From a virus (Duplodnaviria; Caudoviricetes), in IMG/VR virus record IMGVR_UViG_3300026274_000001: a stretch of 64,000 nt of DNA; one strand, given 5' to 3'. The notes beneath the pieces were generated by a model. The model was not told the origin of the DNA and searched no databases. It saw only the letters and a program-made list of their open reading frames with translations. Positions 37,085 to 46,530 of the stretch are shown here, one piece after another (positions within the stretch are counted from its first letter, which is position 1; the number at the start of each line of letters is the position of its first letter). Made by a program: the position numbers and the translations under genes.

Positions 37085-37492
37085 ATGTTAGCCATGACAA
37101 ACCTCTCCCGCTGGAACGCAGACTACGATCGATTCATCAATTCTTACAACGGCAAATCGCTGTTGAAAAGCCACGACTTGGCCGAAGTTGGTATTTGGTT
37201 GGTTCGCCCTGAAGAATGTGATCAAGGTGACGGTCGTCGCATCTACGGCCAACCTGATGTTGGCACTTTCGAAGGTGTACTTGAAGACATCATCCGTTAC
37301 GTCGTTCGCAAATCTGAATTCATCAACAATGCCGGCTGCGGTACCATCAGTAAAGTAAAAGAAAAAACTCAACACGATTTGGCATTGCCAGTCTATAATG
37401 CGCAAATAGCAGATAAGAAACGTCTGCTCCGTATTAGAGACGAGCTTAGCCAAATGCTAGTTGATTTGGATGAGCGTATATCAAAACTGTAG
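37085..37492 (+). CDS. Conserved phage protein, pair copy 1
   Basis: DYDRFIN.Y.G..LL..H.L.E.GIW.V..E..QPD.G.FEG.L.D.I. Confidence 0.8.
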   Translation: MLAMTNLSRWNADYDRFINSYNGKSLLKSHDLAEVGIWLVRPEECDQGDGRRIYGQPDVGTFEGVLEDIIRYVVRKSEFINNAGCGTISKVKEKTQHDLALPVYNAQIADKKRLLRIRDELSQMLVDLDERISKL

Positions 37493-37501
37493 TAACCGAT
37501 T

Positions 37502-37514
37502 GCGGATAGACCGC
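37502..37514 (+). promoter_or_regulatory. ATAGA-loop hairpin 2
   Basis: GCGG-ATAGA-CCGC. Confidence 0.65.
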
Positions 37515-37543
37515 TTTTGTGGTAAGCATAGGAATTATGTGTA

Positions 37544-37942
37544 ATGAGTAAGTCACTAAAAGATAGTCAAAAAGACTACGAACGTTTCATTAACTGTTAT
37601 TCAGGCCGAGAATTATTGGCGACTCATTCCTTGAGTGAAACTGGTATTTGGCAAGTATTTGGTGAAGATCCAAATTGCGATATGCAAGGGTCACACGTAC
37701 AGCCAGACTTGGGATTGTTTGAGGGTAAGCTGGATGACGTTATCCGTGAAGCAGTCAGTCTTAGTAATTTTTGGCAATGGGGTAGCGGCGGTCGTATTGT
37801 GAAAAAGACTACCCCAGTAGTAAAGAAAGTAAAGACTCAAACTGAACGTATGTCAGCTGAGTATGAAGAGCTTGTAGCAATGAAGGCCGAATTAAAAGCA
37901 GCACTGGCAAAAGTTGATGCAAAAATGAATCAAATCAAATAA
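37544..37942 (+). CDS. Conserved phage protein, pair copy 2
   Basis: GIWQVFGEDPNCD..QPDLGLFEGKLDDVI..FWQWGSGG. Confidence 0.8.
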   Translation: MSKSLKDSQKDYERFINCYSGRELLATHSLSETGIWQVFGEDPNCDMQGSHVQPDLGLFEGKLDDVIREAVSLSNFWQWGSGGRIVKKTTPVVKKVKTQTERMSAEYEELVAMKAELKAALAKVDAKMNQIK

Positions 37943-37945
37943 CAA

Positions 37946-37968
37946 CGAACGCCGATAGACGGCATTCG
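37946..37968 (+). promoter_or_regulatory. ATAGA-loop hairpin 3
   Basis: CGAA-C-GCCG-ATAGA-CGGC-A-TTCG. Confidence 0.7.
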
Positions 37969-37987
37969 ATTTAACTTCATAGGAACT

Positions 37988-39100
37988 ATGATGACAAACA
38001 TTATTACCCCAGCATCGCAACGAACCGACACAATCAACTTCATCCTGCGTGGGCAACCACAGCACATCGCGCATGAAAAGACCTTTCACGAAGCTGCTAA
38101 GCAATGCGGCACGCTGAACCTCATTTACGGTTGCGCAAACCAACCGCGCGATGATGCAGATCCCTTTTACCAAGAAGAACGTATTGAAGTCGGTAAGCGT
38201 ATTACTGCCAACTTCAAGCAAAAATACAACTGCGACGTGAATTTCCTGTCGGTCGAGAACAGCATCTACAACAATACCCAATGGGGTAACTGGGTTGCAG
38301 AAGCTGTTGCACCGTATGCACACGGTAAGGTAAAGCTGATCGGCCACAACAAGGACGATACTAGCTTCTATCTCAACATGTTCCCGCAATGGGGCGAACC
38401 TATCCTGCTGCCGCAATTCGACGTTCTGGATGCGAGCACAATTCGCAACCTGTACTTCAGCAAGAAAAACAACCTCGACTTCTTCCGTCATGTTTGCCCT
38501 GATGCGACTATCAGCTTCTTGGAAGAGTTCATGCACACTGAGGCTTACGACTACATTGTCGAAGAAGCCAACTACATCAAGAAGTACCGAGAACAAACCC
38601 GTGCTGGTCAAAAGTATGCACCTACGTTCCAAACGGGCGACGCAATTGTTATCAAGTCTAATCACGTTCTGATGATTCAACGCCGTTCCCAACCAGGCAA
38701 GGATCTGTGGGCATTCCCTGGTGGCTTCCTGCGTTCAGAAGATGAAATGGTCAATGGTGAATTGAAGAAGGCTGATCTTGACGTTGTCGATACTGCTCTT
38801 CGTGAACTTACGGAAGAAACTCGTATCAAGCTTCCGCCAGCACTGTTGCGTGGTAGCATTCGTGCTGAAAAGCGCTTTATGCACCCGAAGCGTTCCCGTC
38901 GTGGTCGCGTGACTACCACTGCGCAATTGATCGTTTTAGATGATTCGGAATATAAGGGTTTCCCGAAGGTCAAGGCGCGCGATGATGCAAAGCAAGCTGA
39001 ATGGGTTCACATGAACGACGTAAAGCGTCGTGAGTCCTTCGAGGACCACTTCGATATGCTGCTCTGGGCAAGGGCAATGACTTCTGACGTTCGACTTTAA
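37988..39100 (+). CDS. Bifunctional NMN adenylyltransferase / Nudix (NadM-Nudix, NatV-like)
   Basis: QP.HIAH, DPF...ER, LIGHNKD.TSFYL.MFPQW, ASTIR; Nudix AFPGGF..ALRELTEET. Confidence 0.93.
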   Translation: MMTNIITPASQRTDTINFILRGQPQHIAHEKTFHEAAKQCGTLNLIYGCANQPRDDADPFYQEERIEVGKRITANFKQKYNCDVNFLSVENSIYNNTQWGNWVAEAVAPYAHGKVKLIGHNKDDTSFYLNMFPQWGEPILLPQFDVLDASTIRNLYFSKKNNLDFFRHVCPDATISFLEEFMHTEAYDYIVEEANYIKKYREQTRAGQKYAPTFQTGDAIVIKSNHVLMIQRRSQPGKDLWAFPGGFLRSEDEMVNGELKKADLDVVDTALRELTEETRIKLPPALLRGSIRAEKRFMHPKRSRRGRVTTTAQLIVLDDSEYKGFPKVKARDDAKQAEWVHMNDVKRRESFEDHFDMLLWARAMTSDVRL

Positions 39101-39170
39101 AGCTTGCGAATGATCCCACACCCTGATAGATGGATCAACTGTGGATCGGGGATCGCAAAGAGGAGACAAA

Positions 39171-39350
39171 ATGGATGATTTACAATACATGACACGTCGC
39201 AACAATCTGCTGAGTGAGCGAGAACGTGCGCAACATGATCTTGATCGTATTAATCGCCGTATCGAAGAATTGGATACCGAAAAACGCGTTCAAGATAGGC
39301 AAGAAATGGTTATTTTGATGAAGAACACAAACCTCGCTCAAATTAAGTAA
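39171..39350 (+). CDS. Small coiled-coil protein
   Basis: GAGGAG SD before ATG 39171. Confidence 0.65.
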   Translation: MDDLQYMTRRNNLLSERERAQHDLDRINRRIEELDTEKRVQDRQEMVILMKNTNLAQIK

Positions 39351-39400
39351 ATTTTGCGAACTGGCACAGAAATGTTATAACCATATCTACTGTAATTACT

Positions 39401-39808
39401 ATGGTAGATATGGATGCAATGAAGAATAACAAACTCGTATTGGATGAAGACCTGAAGGAAGTGTTGCAGTATCCGCAAGTTCGTAAAGTAACTGAGCGCT
39501 TGCAACAACGGTTAGAAGCCAAAGCAGAACGTAAAGGAAAAACCATGAAGGGCACAGTTGCAGAACTTAAAAAGATGCTCAACAACATGAATGACCAAGA
39601 TCTAGTTGTTACGCCTTTTGGGCGAGAGCGAGATCAAGTCACTCAAGCTGTACCAACAATTATTGAAGTGCTTGCTTTTGGTAAGAAGCGTGTCTTTAAT
39701 GAAGAACTGTTGGAATGGAATGGCGATCCGCGTGAATATGGATATCCTGACATGAAAGCCCTACAGGCTGACGGTGGTAAAATTGTAAAGGCAATTGTAT
39801 TACGATGA
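39401..39808 (+). CDS. Hypothetical protein
   Basis: 135 aa. Confidence 0.7.
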   Translation: MVDMDAMKNNKLVLDEDLKEVLQYPQVRKVTERLQQRLEAKAERKGKTMKGTVAELKKMLNNMNDQDLVVTPFGRERDQVTQAVPTIIEVLAFGKKRVFNEELLEWNGDPREYGYPDMKALQADGGKIVKAIVLR

Positions 39809-40230
39809 AAGTAAAAACATTAGAACAGCATCGCCAAGCACTTGAAGATCTCAGTAACGGGCGAGACACTGGTCATCGATTGTTTGCAGTCTTTGATGCA
39901 AGAATTAAGAATATATCACTTGAAGAAGCACTTGAACGAACGGCAGTCGCGGTTAAGAATTCAGTAGACCTTTTGGTGCGTGATATTAAAGATGGTGTTG
40001 ATACCGCACTAATGATGGACATACTTGACGATGCTCGCAATTTATTGGTTGACTTAGCAAAAGAATATAATAAGCCACCCGTCGAATTTAAATTAGCACC
40101 TTGTAAAAATATTCCGCTTTCAGAAGAAGCAAAAAGATTGCAACACAACTATGTGGCCCAGAAAACGCAACGGGCTGATCGATTGAAAGACCTAGTTGCA
40201 AAGAATAGAGTTGGTTTTACTATGCTTTAA
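39805..40230 (+). CDS. Hypothetical protein
   Basis: ATGA overlap. Confidence 0.7.
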   Translation: MKVKTLEQHRQALEDLSNGRDTGHRLFAVFDARIKNISLEEALERTAVAVKNSVDLLVRDIKDGVDTALMMDILDDARNLLVDLAKEYNKPPVEFKLAPCKNIPLSEEAKRLQHNYVAQKTQRADRLKDLVAKNRVGFTML

Positions 40231-40295
40231 CCATATTTGGTGCTTGCACCAAATACTGGCAATGTTATAATTTGCCAGTGTAGTATTAAACCCAA

Positions 40296-40319
40296 GTCCT
40301 CGAGATAGACTTGAGGCAC
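40296..40319 (+). promoter_or_regulatory. ATAGA-loop hairpin 4
   Basis: CCTCGAG-ATAGA-CTTGAGG with a G-U pair. Confidence 0.7.
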
Positions 40320-40342
40320 ATTAACTTGATAAGGAATTTATC

Positions 40343-41857
40343 ATGATCACAACAAAACTTCTCAACGACAACTTCTGCTTGGCTGCAGATGCCTATAAGT
40401 TCATGCACTATGCTCAGCTCCCTAAGGGTCTGAAGTTTGTGCAGAGCAGCGTGGTTCCACGCAAACCCAACGCGCATACTGATATGCTGGTAACTGCCGG
40501 TATTCAATACCTTGCAAAGTACCTTGCAAGCGTGCGTATCGACGAACATGATGTCGATGAATTGGTGTTAGAAGCAGGACAACAAGGCTACGAAGTTAAC
40601 GAAGCTAGCTGGCGTGATATGATTGCTCGTTTCGGTGGTCGTTTGCCCCTTCGTATTGAAGCATTGCCTGACGGTACGGTCGTTCGCCCGAACACCGCGG
40701 TCCTGACTATTGTCAATACCGACCCAGCATTTTACTGGTTGCCCTCGTATGTTGAAACAGTCGTCCAACGTATTATCTGGAAGTTTATGACTGTTGCTTC
40801 GATCAGCCGCTCGCTTTACAGCTTGCTGATGCAATATGCAATCAAGACTGGTGCAAATGTGGATATGGTTGTATATCAACTCCACAACTTTGGCGATCGC
40901 GGTGCTGACGCCGACGAAGCTGCACAATGGGCGGGAATCGCCCACGCAATGGTGTTTTCTGGCTCAGACAATTCCCGCGCCAATCCAAATATCAAGCGTC
41001 TTTACAACACTAAGAAGGCCTACACCTCATCTGTCGATGCAACTGAACATAGCACGATGTGCGCTAATTCTGATGCCAAGACGAAGAATGACTACGGCGC
41101 TGCTGTAATGCTTGTTGAGCGTCTGGAAGAAGCGGTTCGTCGTGCAGGTCGTGGTATTGGTGTTCCCGTGGTTAGCGGCGTAGTTGATACCTACAACCCA
41201 TATCGTTTTATCCGTGACTACTTGGGTTCTCCCGAACTGAAGGCGCGTATCGAAGCGTGTGGTCGTGCAGGCGGTAAGCTTGTTCTGCGTCCTGACAGCG
41301 GTGTTCCAGAAATCGAAGTGCCTAAGATCCTCGAGATTGCAGGTGAAGTATTTGGTTTCTCGGTCAACTCGCTGGGTTACAAGGAACTGGTTCCATATAT
41401 CGGCGTGCTGCAAGGCGACGGTATTAATCAAGAATCAGTACCACGTATTTTGGTAGCAACTTGCGATGTAGCTCGCTGGTCGTTTGGTAGCTTCCTGTTT
41501 GGTATGGGTGGTGGTTTGGTGCACGAAGCTGGACGTGATGAATTCTCATTCTCACAAAAGGCAACGGCTATGACGTTCAATTCGGACCCAAGCGTTAATG
41601 GTGACTGGATTGATCTGTTGAAGGAACCTATTACCGACACCAAGAAGAAGTCACTCACTGGATACATTATCAATGTGAAGGACGCTGATGGCACTATTCG
41701 CAGTATCAATCGCAAGAACTGGTACGGTGAAGCTATCGTGTACAACACTGTTGTTTTTGAAAACGGTGAAGCATTTGTTGATGACGTCAACTTTGACGAT
41801 GTTAAGGCTCGTGCTGTTGAAGGCATTAGCAAGACGGAACTGAAGCTGGCTGCATAA
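40343..41857 (+). CDS. nadV: Nicotinamide phosphoribosyltransferase (NAMPT/NadV)
   Basis: ADAYKFMH, LHNFGDRG, ATEHSTM, VVDTYN, LRPDSG, LQGDGI, FGMGGGL. Confidence 0.93.
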   Translation: MITTKLLNDNFCLAADAYKFMHYAQLPKGLKFVQSSVVPRKPNAHTDMLVTAGIQYLAKYLASVRIDEHDVDELVLEAGQQGYEVNEASWRDMIARFGGRLPLRIEALPDGTVVRPNTAVLTIVNTDPAFYWLPSYVETVVQRIIWKFMTVASISRSLYSLLMQYAIKTGANVDMVVYQLHNFGDRGADADEAAQWAGIAHAMVFSGSDNSRANPNIKRLYNTKKAYTSSVDATEHSTMCANSDAKTKNDYGAAVMLVERLEEAVRRAGRGIGVPVVSGVVDTYNPYRFIRDYLGSPELKARIEACGRAGGKLVLRPDSGVPEIEVPKILEIAGEVFGFSVNSLGYKELVPYIGVLQGDGINQESVPRILVATCDVARWSFGSFLFGMGGGLVHEAGRDEFSFSQKATAMTFNSDPSVNGDWIDLLKEPITDTKKKSLTGYIINVKDADGTIRSINRKNWYGEAIVYNTVVFENGEAFVDDVNFDDVKARAVEGISKTELKLAA

Positions 41858-41882
41858 GCAGCAATGCGGGATGTAAAACGAT

Positions 41883-41900
41883 GAGCCCCAATTGGGGCTC
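41883..41900 (+). terminator. Palindromic terminator-like hairpin
   Basis: GAGCCCCAATTGGGGCTC, weak U-tract. Confidence 0.55.
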
Positions 41901-41978
41901 ATCGACCATTTGAGATTTCTACCACGCAAGCACAATAATTGCTGCTCTGTTGTTCCTTAATTTAACAACGAGAATGAC

Positions 41979-42239
41979 ATGAAAATTTTGATGATAGGCC
42001 TAATTGCAGCAGCAGCGTTTGCTACCCCCTTAGCACAAGCCAAAGGCTGTCTGGTGGGAGCGGCAGCTGGTGGAGTAGCGGGGCATGTCGCTGGTCACCA
42101 TGCGATTCTAGGTGCTGCTGGAGGGTGTGTGGCGGGTCACGAAATTGCAAAGCACAACGACCGCAAGCGTGCTGAGGAACACAACCAACAATATAGTAAC
42201 TCACAACACAACGACCACCGCACTGAACAACAGAATTAA
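41979..42239 (+). CDS. Secreted glycine-zipper protein
   Basis: Signal peptide then KGCLVGAAAGGVAGH..GAAGGCVAGH. Confidence 0.8.
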   Translation: MKILMIGLIAAAAFATPLAQAKGCLVGAAAGGVAGHVAGHHAILGAAGGCVAGHEIAKHNDRKRAEEHNQQYSNSQHNDHRTEQQN

Positions 42240-42343
42240 TTTTTAGGTGAAAGAGCACCATGTTTGGTGCTCTTTTGCCGTGTGGCTCTTGCATTTGCAT
42301 TCATATGAAATTACACTAAAGAAAATAACTGAAAGGAAGTCAC

Positions 42344-42646
42344 ATGAGCATCTCGGTCGAAGAAATCGCAATTGATGTTAAACAACTGGTTGACAGCTTA
42401 ATCACCCAACACGATACCAAATACGATCGGTTGTTACTTGAAGTAAAAGAAATGAAAAGGGAATTCATACACGCAATTGACGAAGCTCGTGTGATTCTGC
42501 TTGAACACAAGGACAATGCCCTGACCGCCAATGCGATCGAATGTGAAGGTTACCTGCGTGCATTGCTTTCGATGCAAGTGGGCTTCAATAGGACTTTTGA
42601 TTCTTTCATAAAAGAAGATGAGACTCCACATGATGATTCGAACTGA
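42344..42646 (+). CDS. Hypothetical protein
   Basis: CATATGAA-class promoter at 42289-42317. Confidence 0.75.
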   Translation: MSISVEEIAIDVKQLVDSLITQHDTKYDRLLLEVKEMKREFIHAIDEARVILLEHKDNALTANAIECEGYLRALLSMQVGFNRTFDSFIKEDETPHDDSN

Positions 42647-43118
42647 AGAAGACGTCATCCGTGCTTACGGTTATGCGACTGATCTGTCCAAGTTGCTTCG
42701 AAACTATTTCGAATTGTGGCGTAAGCATTGCAACGGAATCAACAACATCACAATTCCCAAAGGCAAGTTCTGGGTCCAAGTACTCAGGCCGGTAAGTGAA
42801 ACGATCTTGTTGGTTCGTATTGTCAATATTGATAAAACGGAGCATTCACTAGAATACCGTACGCCAATATATGATCTTGGTGCTAGTGAAAACGATGGGG
42901 CAGATGGCGTATTGTATTACGATACTGGTACTAATACCTGGTTCGAAGACCTTCTGGATGGCTTTCGCGTCAATGTTTCAGTACCAGGATTATTGTGTGA
43001 AGACGTCGAGGCACATTTGATTGAACTTCGCAGAGATCACGACGAACGTGAACGTGAAAAAGCACGAGTGCAAGAAATTCAGGAACTTGAAAATAGACTT
43101 ACTCAGCTCAAGAAGTAG
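42618..43118 (+). CDS. Hypothetical protein
   Basis: 166 aa. Confidence 0.7.
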   Translation: MRLHMMIRTEEDVIRAYGYATDLSKLLRNYFELWRKHCNGINNITIPKGKFWVQVLRPVSETILLVRIVNIDKTEHSLEYRTPIYDLGASENDGADGVLYYDTGTNTWFEDLLDGFRVNVSVPGLLCEDVEAHLIELRRDHDEREREKARVQEIQELENRLTQLKK

Positions 43119-43218
43119 GCTGGACGATGTAGTTGCATAGCAACAATTCCATGACAGTGTTGCTCCTTACTACGGTTAGCTATAGATTAAATGCGGTGGC
43201 TAATTAAGGGGAACGATC

Positions 43219-43563
43219 ATGTTTACCGTATTACGCTTGCGTTTACGACGCAGGGCGAACACTAGCAAATTCACGAAACGAGTAGCTTGGCAGGAACCGT
43301 GGACTGATGTTATAACTGACTTCTGTTCACATTTAACGTCAGAGTCGGATTTCAAACCAGAAGAGTTAAAGGACAAGTTGGTATCGCTAGTTCAAATGGA
43401 ACTGTTTTTCCGAACTACGTCCTGGGTGGATTCCAGTGACTTGGCTAAAATTGAATCATATACCACGTCTCTGATTCAGTTTGCTGAAGAAATTGAGCAG
43501 ATAGAACAAGACTTGCTGGCTGGAGGTTCGCCATTCGCCAATAATTATAGCTGCATGGTGTAG
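43219..43563 (+). CDS. Hypothetical protein
   Basis: GGGGA SD. Confidence 0.65.
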   Translation: MFTVLRLRLRRRANTSKFTKRVAWQEPWTDVITDFCSHLTSESDFKPEELKDKLVSLVQMELFFRTTSWVDSSDLAKIESYTTSLIQFAEEIEQIEQDLLAGGSPFANNYSCMV

Positions 43564-43698
43564 ACATTCACATGTGACTATGGTTGTTTTGTACAATAAG
43601 AGCGCTAGAGAAGGCGCTCTTTTGCCATGTGGCTTTTATTCGCTTGACTTACATTGGTAATCATTTAAAATGAATGCGTAACCACTGAAGGAGTAATC

Positions 43699-44133
43699 AT
43701 GCTGCCTATGTTCCAAAAGATCTTCGGCTCGAAGACCTCAGAACCAATGAATTCGCAACTGTCAAAAATCCTGCTCGATATCGGCCCTGCAAAGACAGAC
43801 GAAAAGTTTGACGGCTGGTATCATTTCATAAAAGATGTGGTCTCATCATCCAAACAACAAAATGACGCCTTAGAATGGGTGAAAGATTCCGGTGCCTGCA
43901 AGTACGAACACGTCTTGTGGAAGTCAATCGCCAGTAACATCTACTTCCGCACTAAACGGCATCCAGATATCGAAGCAATCAAACAACTGGATCGAGCCGC
44001 AGTCAATAACTGGGATTACATCAATCAACTCGCATACAACTGCATGCGATACGAAGCCGAACTACTGGCGGCTCCCGACCAAGAAGCACTGACAACCCTG
44101 CGCGAAATTACCGCATCACTGGCATCGGAGTGA
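43699..44133 (+). CDS. Hypothetical protein
   Basis: AAGGAG SD. Confidence 0.75.
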   Translation: MLPMFQKIFGSKTSEPMNSQLSKILLDIGPAKTDEKFDGWYHFIKDVVSSSKQQNDALEWVKDSGACKYEHVLWKSIASNIYFRTKRHPDIEAIKQLDRAAVNNWDYINQLAYNCMRYEAELLAAPDQEALTTLREITASLASE

Positions 44134-44420
44134 ACGTGGCCAAAGTCAAAGTCACCATAGAAATGGATATCGATCCCCGCTTCCTAGAACAAGACGGTAA
44201 GGGAAAACCAGCCCCCGGCTTCGCGGAACAATACGTATTCGATCACTTGATCAAAGCAGCAGAACTGCATCATCGCGTAAACAGTCTACGTATCATCACT
44301 AGTAAAACAGTGGACCCCGAAACCATCCAGGCAATGATCAGACTCAATGAAATACACCTGGATACCCTCAGTAAAGCTGAACAACGTATGGTAATAGAAT
44401 ACCTACCAGACACTCTATAA
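44130..44420 (+). CDS. Hypothetical protein
   Basis: GTGA overlap. Confidence 0.7.
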   Translation: MNVAKVKVTIEMDIDPRFLEQDGKGKPAPGFAEQYVFDHLIKAAELHHRVNSLRIITSKTVDPETIQAMIRLNEIHLDTLSKAEQRMVIEYLPDTL

Positions 44421-44448
44421 CCCTCACCACTGCTCCAGTAATGAGCGA

Positions 44449-44646
44449 ATGAGACCTAGTAACTACATAATAACCAAGACCATACCAATGATTACACGAC
44501 TTATGAATAAGAAAATGATTTCAATAATCATACTTGCTCTTTTGATTATGGTCGGTCTTGCAATGTACTGCCCCGATATACCCATCATTATCGCTTTTCT
44601 GATACTGCTCATAACCCTACCAACAGCGTTTATATTCATCTCATAA
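44449..44646 (+). CDS. Small two-TM membrane protein
   Basis: Hydrophobic stretches; start uncertain. Confidence 0.55.
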   Translation: MRPSNYIITKTIPMITRLMNKKMISIIILALLIMVGLAMYCPDIPIIIAFLILLITLPTAFIFIS

Positions 44647-44664
44647 CAACCGAGGAGACCAACA

Positions 44665-45042
44665 ATGAAATTCTTCCATAAAGATCGCCTAGTACGATTG
44701 GCAATCGCCCCAGTAATCGCATTCGCAATCACGTGGTTCTGGCCACGAGAAATTCATAGCCTACCACTGATACTCACCTTGACTGCAATAGCTACTGTGG
44801 CATCATGGCTATTACAACTCTGTATCACTGAACCGAAACTAAAAGTTAACTGGCCGCTAGTCCATTACTGTACCATATTACCAGCAATAGTCCTGACAGT
44901 AATGACACTGCTAACGCACCCAACTACACACCAACAAGTAATCTCTACAGTGATGATATCACTAGCGATTACTATCTTGGTATCAGCGGCAGAATTCTTC
45001 CTAGTTGGTATACCTGGTAAGAAGAAGAGATCAGAACAGTAA
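44665..45042 (+). CDS. Multi-TM membrane protein
   Basis: GAGGAG SD, four hydrophobic segments. Confidence 0.75.
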   Translation: MKFFHKDRLVRLAIAPVIAFAITWFWPREIHSLPLILTLTAIATVASWLLQLCITEPKLKVNWPLVHYCTILPAIVLTVMTLLTHPTTHQQVISTVMISLAITILVSAAEFFLVGIPGKKKRSEQ

Positions 45043-45073
45043 CTCCCCCTTCCTGTACAATGGCTATCAAAGG

Positions 45074-45260
45074 ATTCATGGAGGTTATTAACTTTGCCTA
45101 ATGACTACTTGAGATCAATTACAGAAAGCTACGGAACCCAGATAGAACTTGTGATTGTGGCTCCTTCACGATTCTTCTTCTAGAGGAATTCATGGAGGTT
45201 TCTATCATAAAAAGGGACATCTGGGACCCTTCACGGATGACATCAAACCCAGATAGAACT
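45074..45260. repeat. Paired direct repeats in a non-coding gap
   Basis: ATTCATGGAGGTT at 45074 and 45188; AACCCAGATAGAACT at 45135 and 45246. Confidence 0.8.
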
Positions 45261-45273
45261 CTCGATACTCAAC

Positions 45274-45573
45274 ATGGACTTTTACTGTAAGCTAAACGTA
45301 GTCGCATTCAGTGATGGACTGCATTATTACTTTGTTCGAGTATTTGGTGATGGCGCATTGGTAGAAGACATGCCACATGATGGTATGTGCAGCGATTCAA
45401 AGCAAGCAGATGAACAGCTAGTTGCCTTTTTGGAAAAAGCGAATATCGAACGAGAAATCACGATAGTTGATCCATCTGGGGTTAGTAGAACCGTAACATT
45501 GGACGATAATCCTGATTACTTCAAACGCAGATACTACCGAATAGGCACTGCTGAACTATATGTTAATTTGTAA
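45274..45573 (+). CDS. Hypothetical protein
   Basis: 99 aa. Confidence 0.65.
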   Translation: MDFYCKLNVVAFSDGLHYYFVRVFGDGALVEDMPHDGMCSDSKQADEQLVAFLEKANIEREITIVDPSGVSRTVTLDDNPDYFKRRYYRIGTAELYVNL

Positions 45574-45909
45574 ATGAATTGTACCCAATACGTGGTCGTA
45601 TATGAAGAGCTTGGTGACTTTTACTTCCTGGAAGATTCGAGTTCTGCCAGGTTCGTTACTTGGTTGCCCGTGAGTAATTTGTATGCCACAATTGAACTTG
45701 CTTGGTGGGGTTTATATGAAGCGATTGATTATGGTTTAAAAAATGGCATACAAATCGTAGGGGTGCGAGCCAAAGACATAGATGTGATTACCGATCATTC
45801 GCATCCACTTTTTTATATTGGCTATCACAATATCGTTCCAGTTAAGTTGGAACTTCAGGTTGATGGCAAAGTAAATGCCAGCCGTCATTTGAAGGGAATG
45901 TATGATTGA
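45574..45909 (+). CDS. Hypothetical protein
   Basis: YVVVYEE..FYFL; resembles the N-terminus of the next gene. Confidence 0.65.
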   Translation: MNCTQYVVVYEELGDFYFLEDSSSARFVTWLPVSNLYATIELAWWGLYEAIDYGLKNGIQIVGVRAKDIDVITDHSHPLFYIGYHNIVPVKLELQVDGKVNASRHLKGMYD

Positions 45910-46213
45910 TTTGCCCACCAAAGCTCAATTGTACGTGGTCGTTTATGATGACGGCAACGAACGATTGTATTTGGACAAAAAGAAGGGATTGCTTACGAGC
46001 AAAGTGCCACTACGTTCGTTGACACCAGACCCCGCGGTTGCAACCCGATGGATTACTAGTCATTTACAATGGGCAGATCGTTTCAATATGATGTATCATA
46101 TTGTTTCTGATCGTATACATTGTATGAGTACCGTATGGCGAGAAAAATATCCGCAGTATTTCAAGCGCGAAAATTATAAAATTGCCGTGGTGAAAATAGA
46201 AGTGATTTTGTAA
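45902..46213 (+). CDS. Hypothetical protein
   Basis: LYVVVYDD..RLYL. Confidence 0.65.
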   Translation: MIDLPTKAQLYVVVYDDGNERLYLDKKKGLLTSKVPLRSLTPDPAVATRWITSHLQWADRFNMMYHIVSDRIHCMSTVWREKYPQYFKRENYKIAVVKIEVIL

Positions 46214-46530
46214 GAGTGATACTGTAACACTGTTACAGAAATATTGATGTGTAGGCATGGTCTATAACTGCTACAGTGTTACTGTAACAGTGATTCGACG
46301 GACGGCATATAGCCAGATTGACTTTATATTCTACTTGAACAACACCGAGAGATCAAGTGAAATTTCATTTGGTTGCAGGAAACTTTTGGAAGTCCTGGTG
46401 CCTTTTCCGTTCTTATAGTAGGCGCTCGTTCGCATTATCAATCAAGCATTAAGTGAAAATAATCATTTGGCGCTTGCATCTGTGCCACACGAGCGTATCA
46501 TGTGAATAAGATAACAGACCGGAGAATGCA

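Noticed and set aside
36769-37095. 108 aa minus-strand ORF
   Set aside because: It overlaps the + strand family C copy 5 and the hairpin/late promoter; no recognisable features
37892-38692. 266 aa minus-strand ORF and many similar antisense ORFs in the track
   Set aside because: Shadows of strongly biased sense genes; no SD, motifs or promoter support
45135-45260. GATAGA within the 45-kb repeats as further ATAGA hairpins
   Set aside because: No complementary stem closes the loop (CCCAG-ATAGA-ACT)
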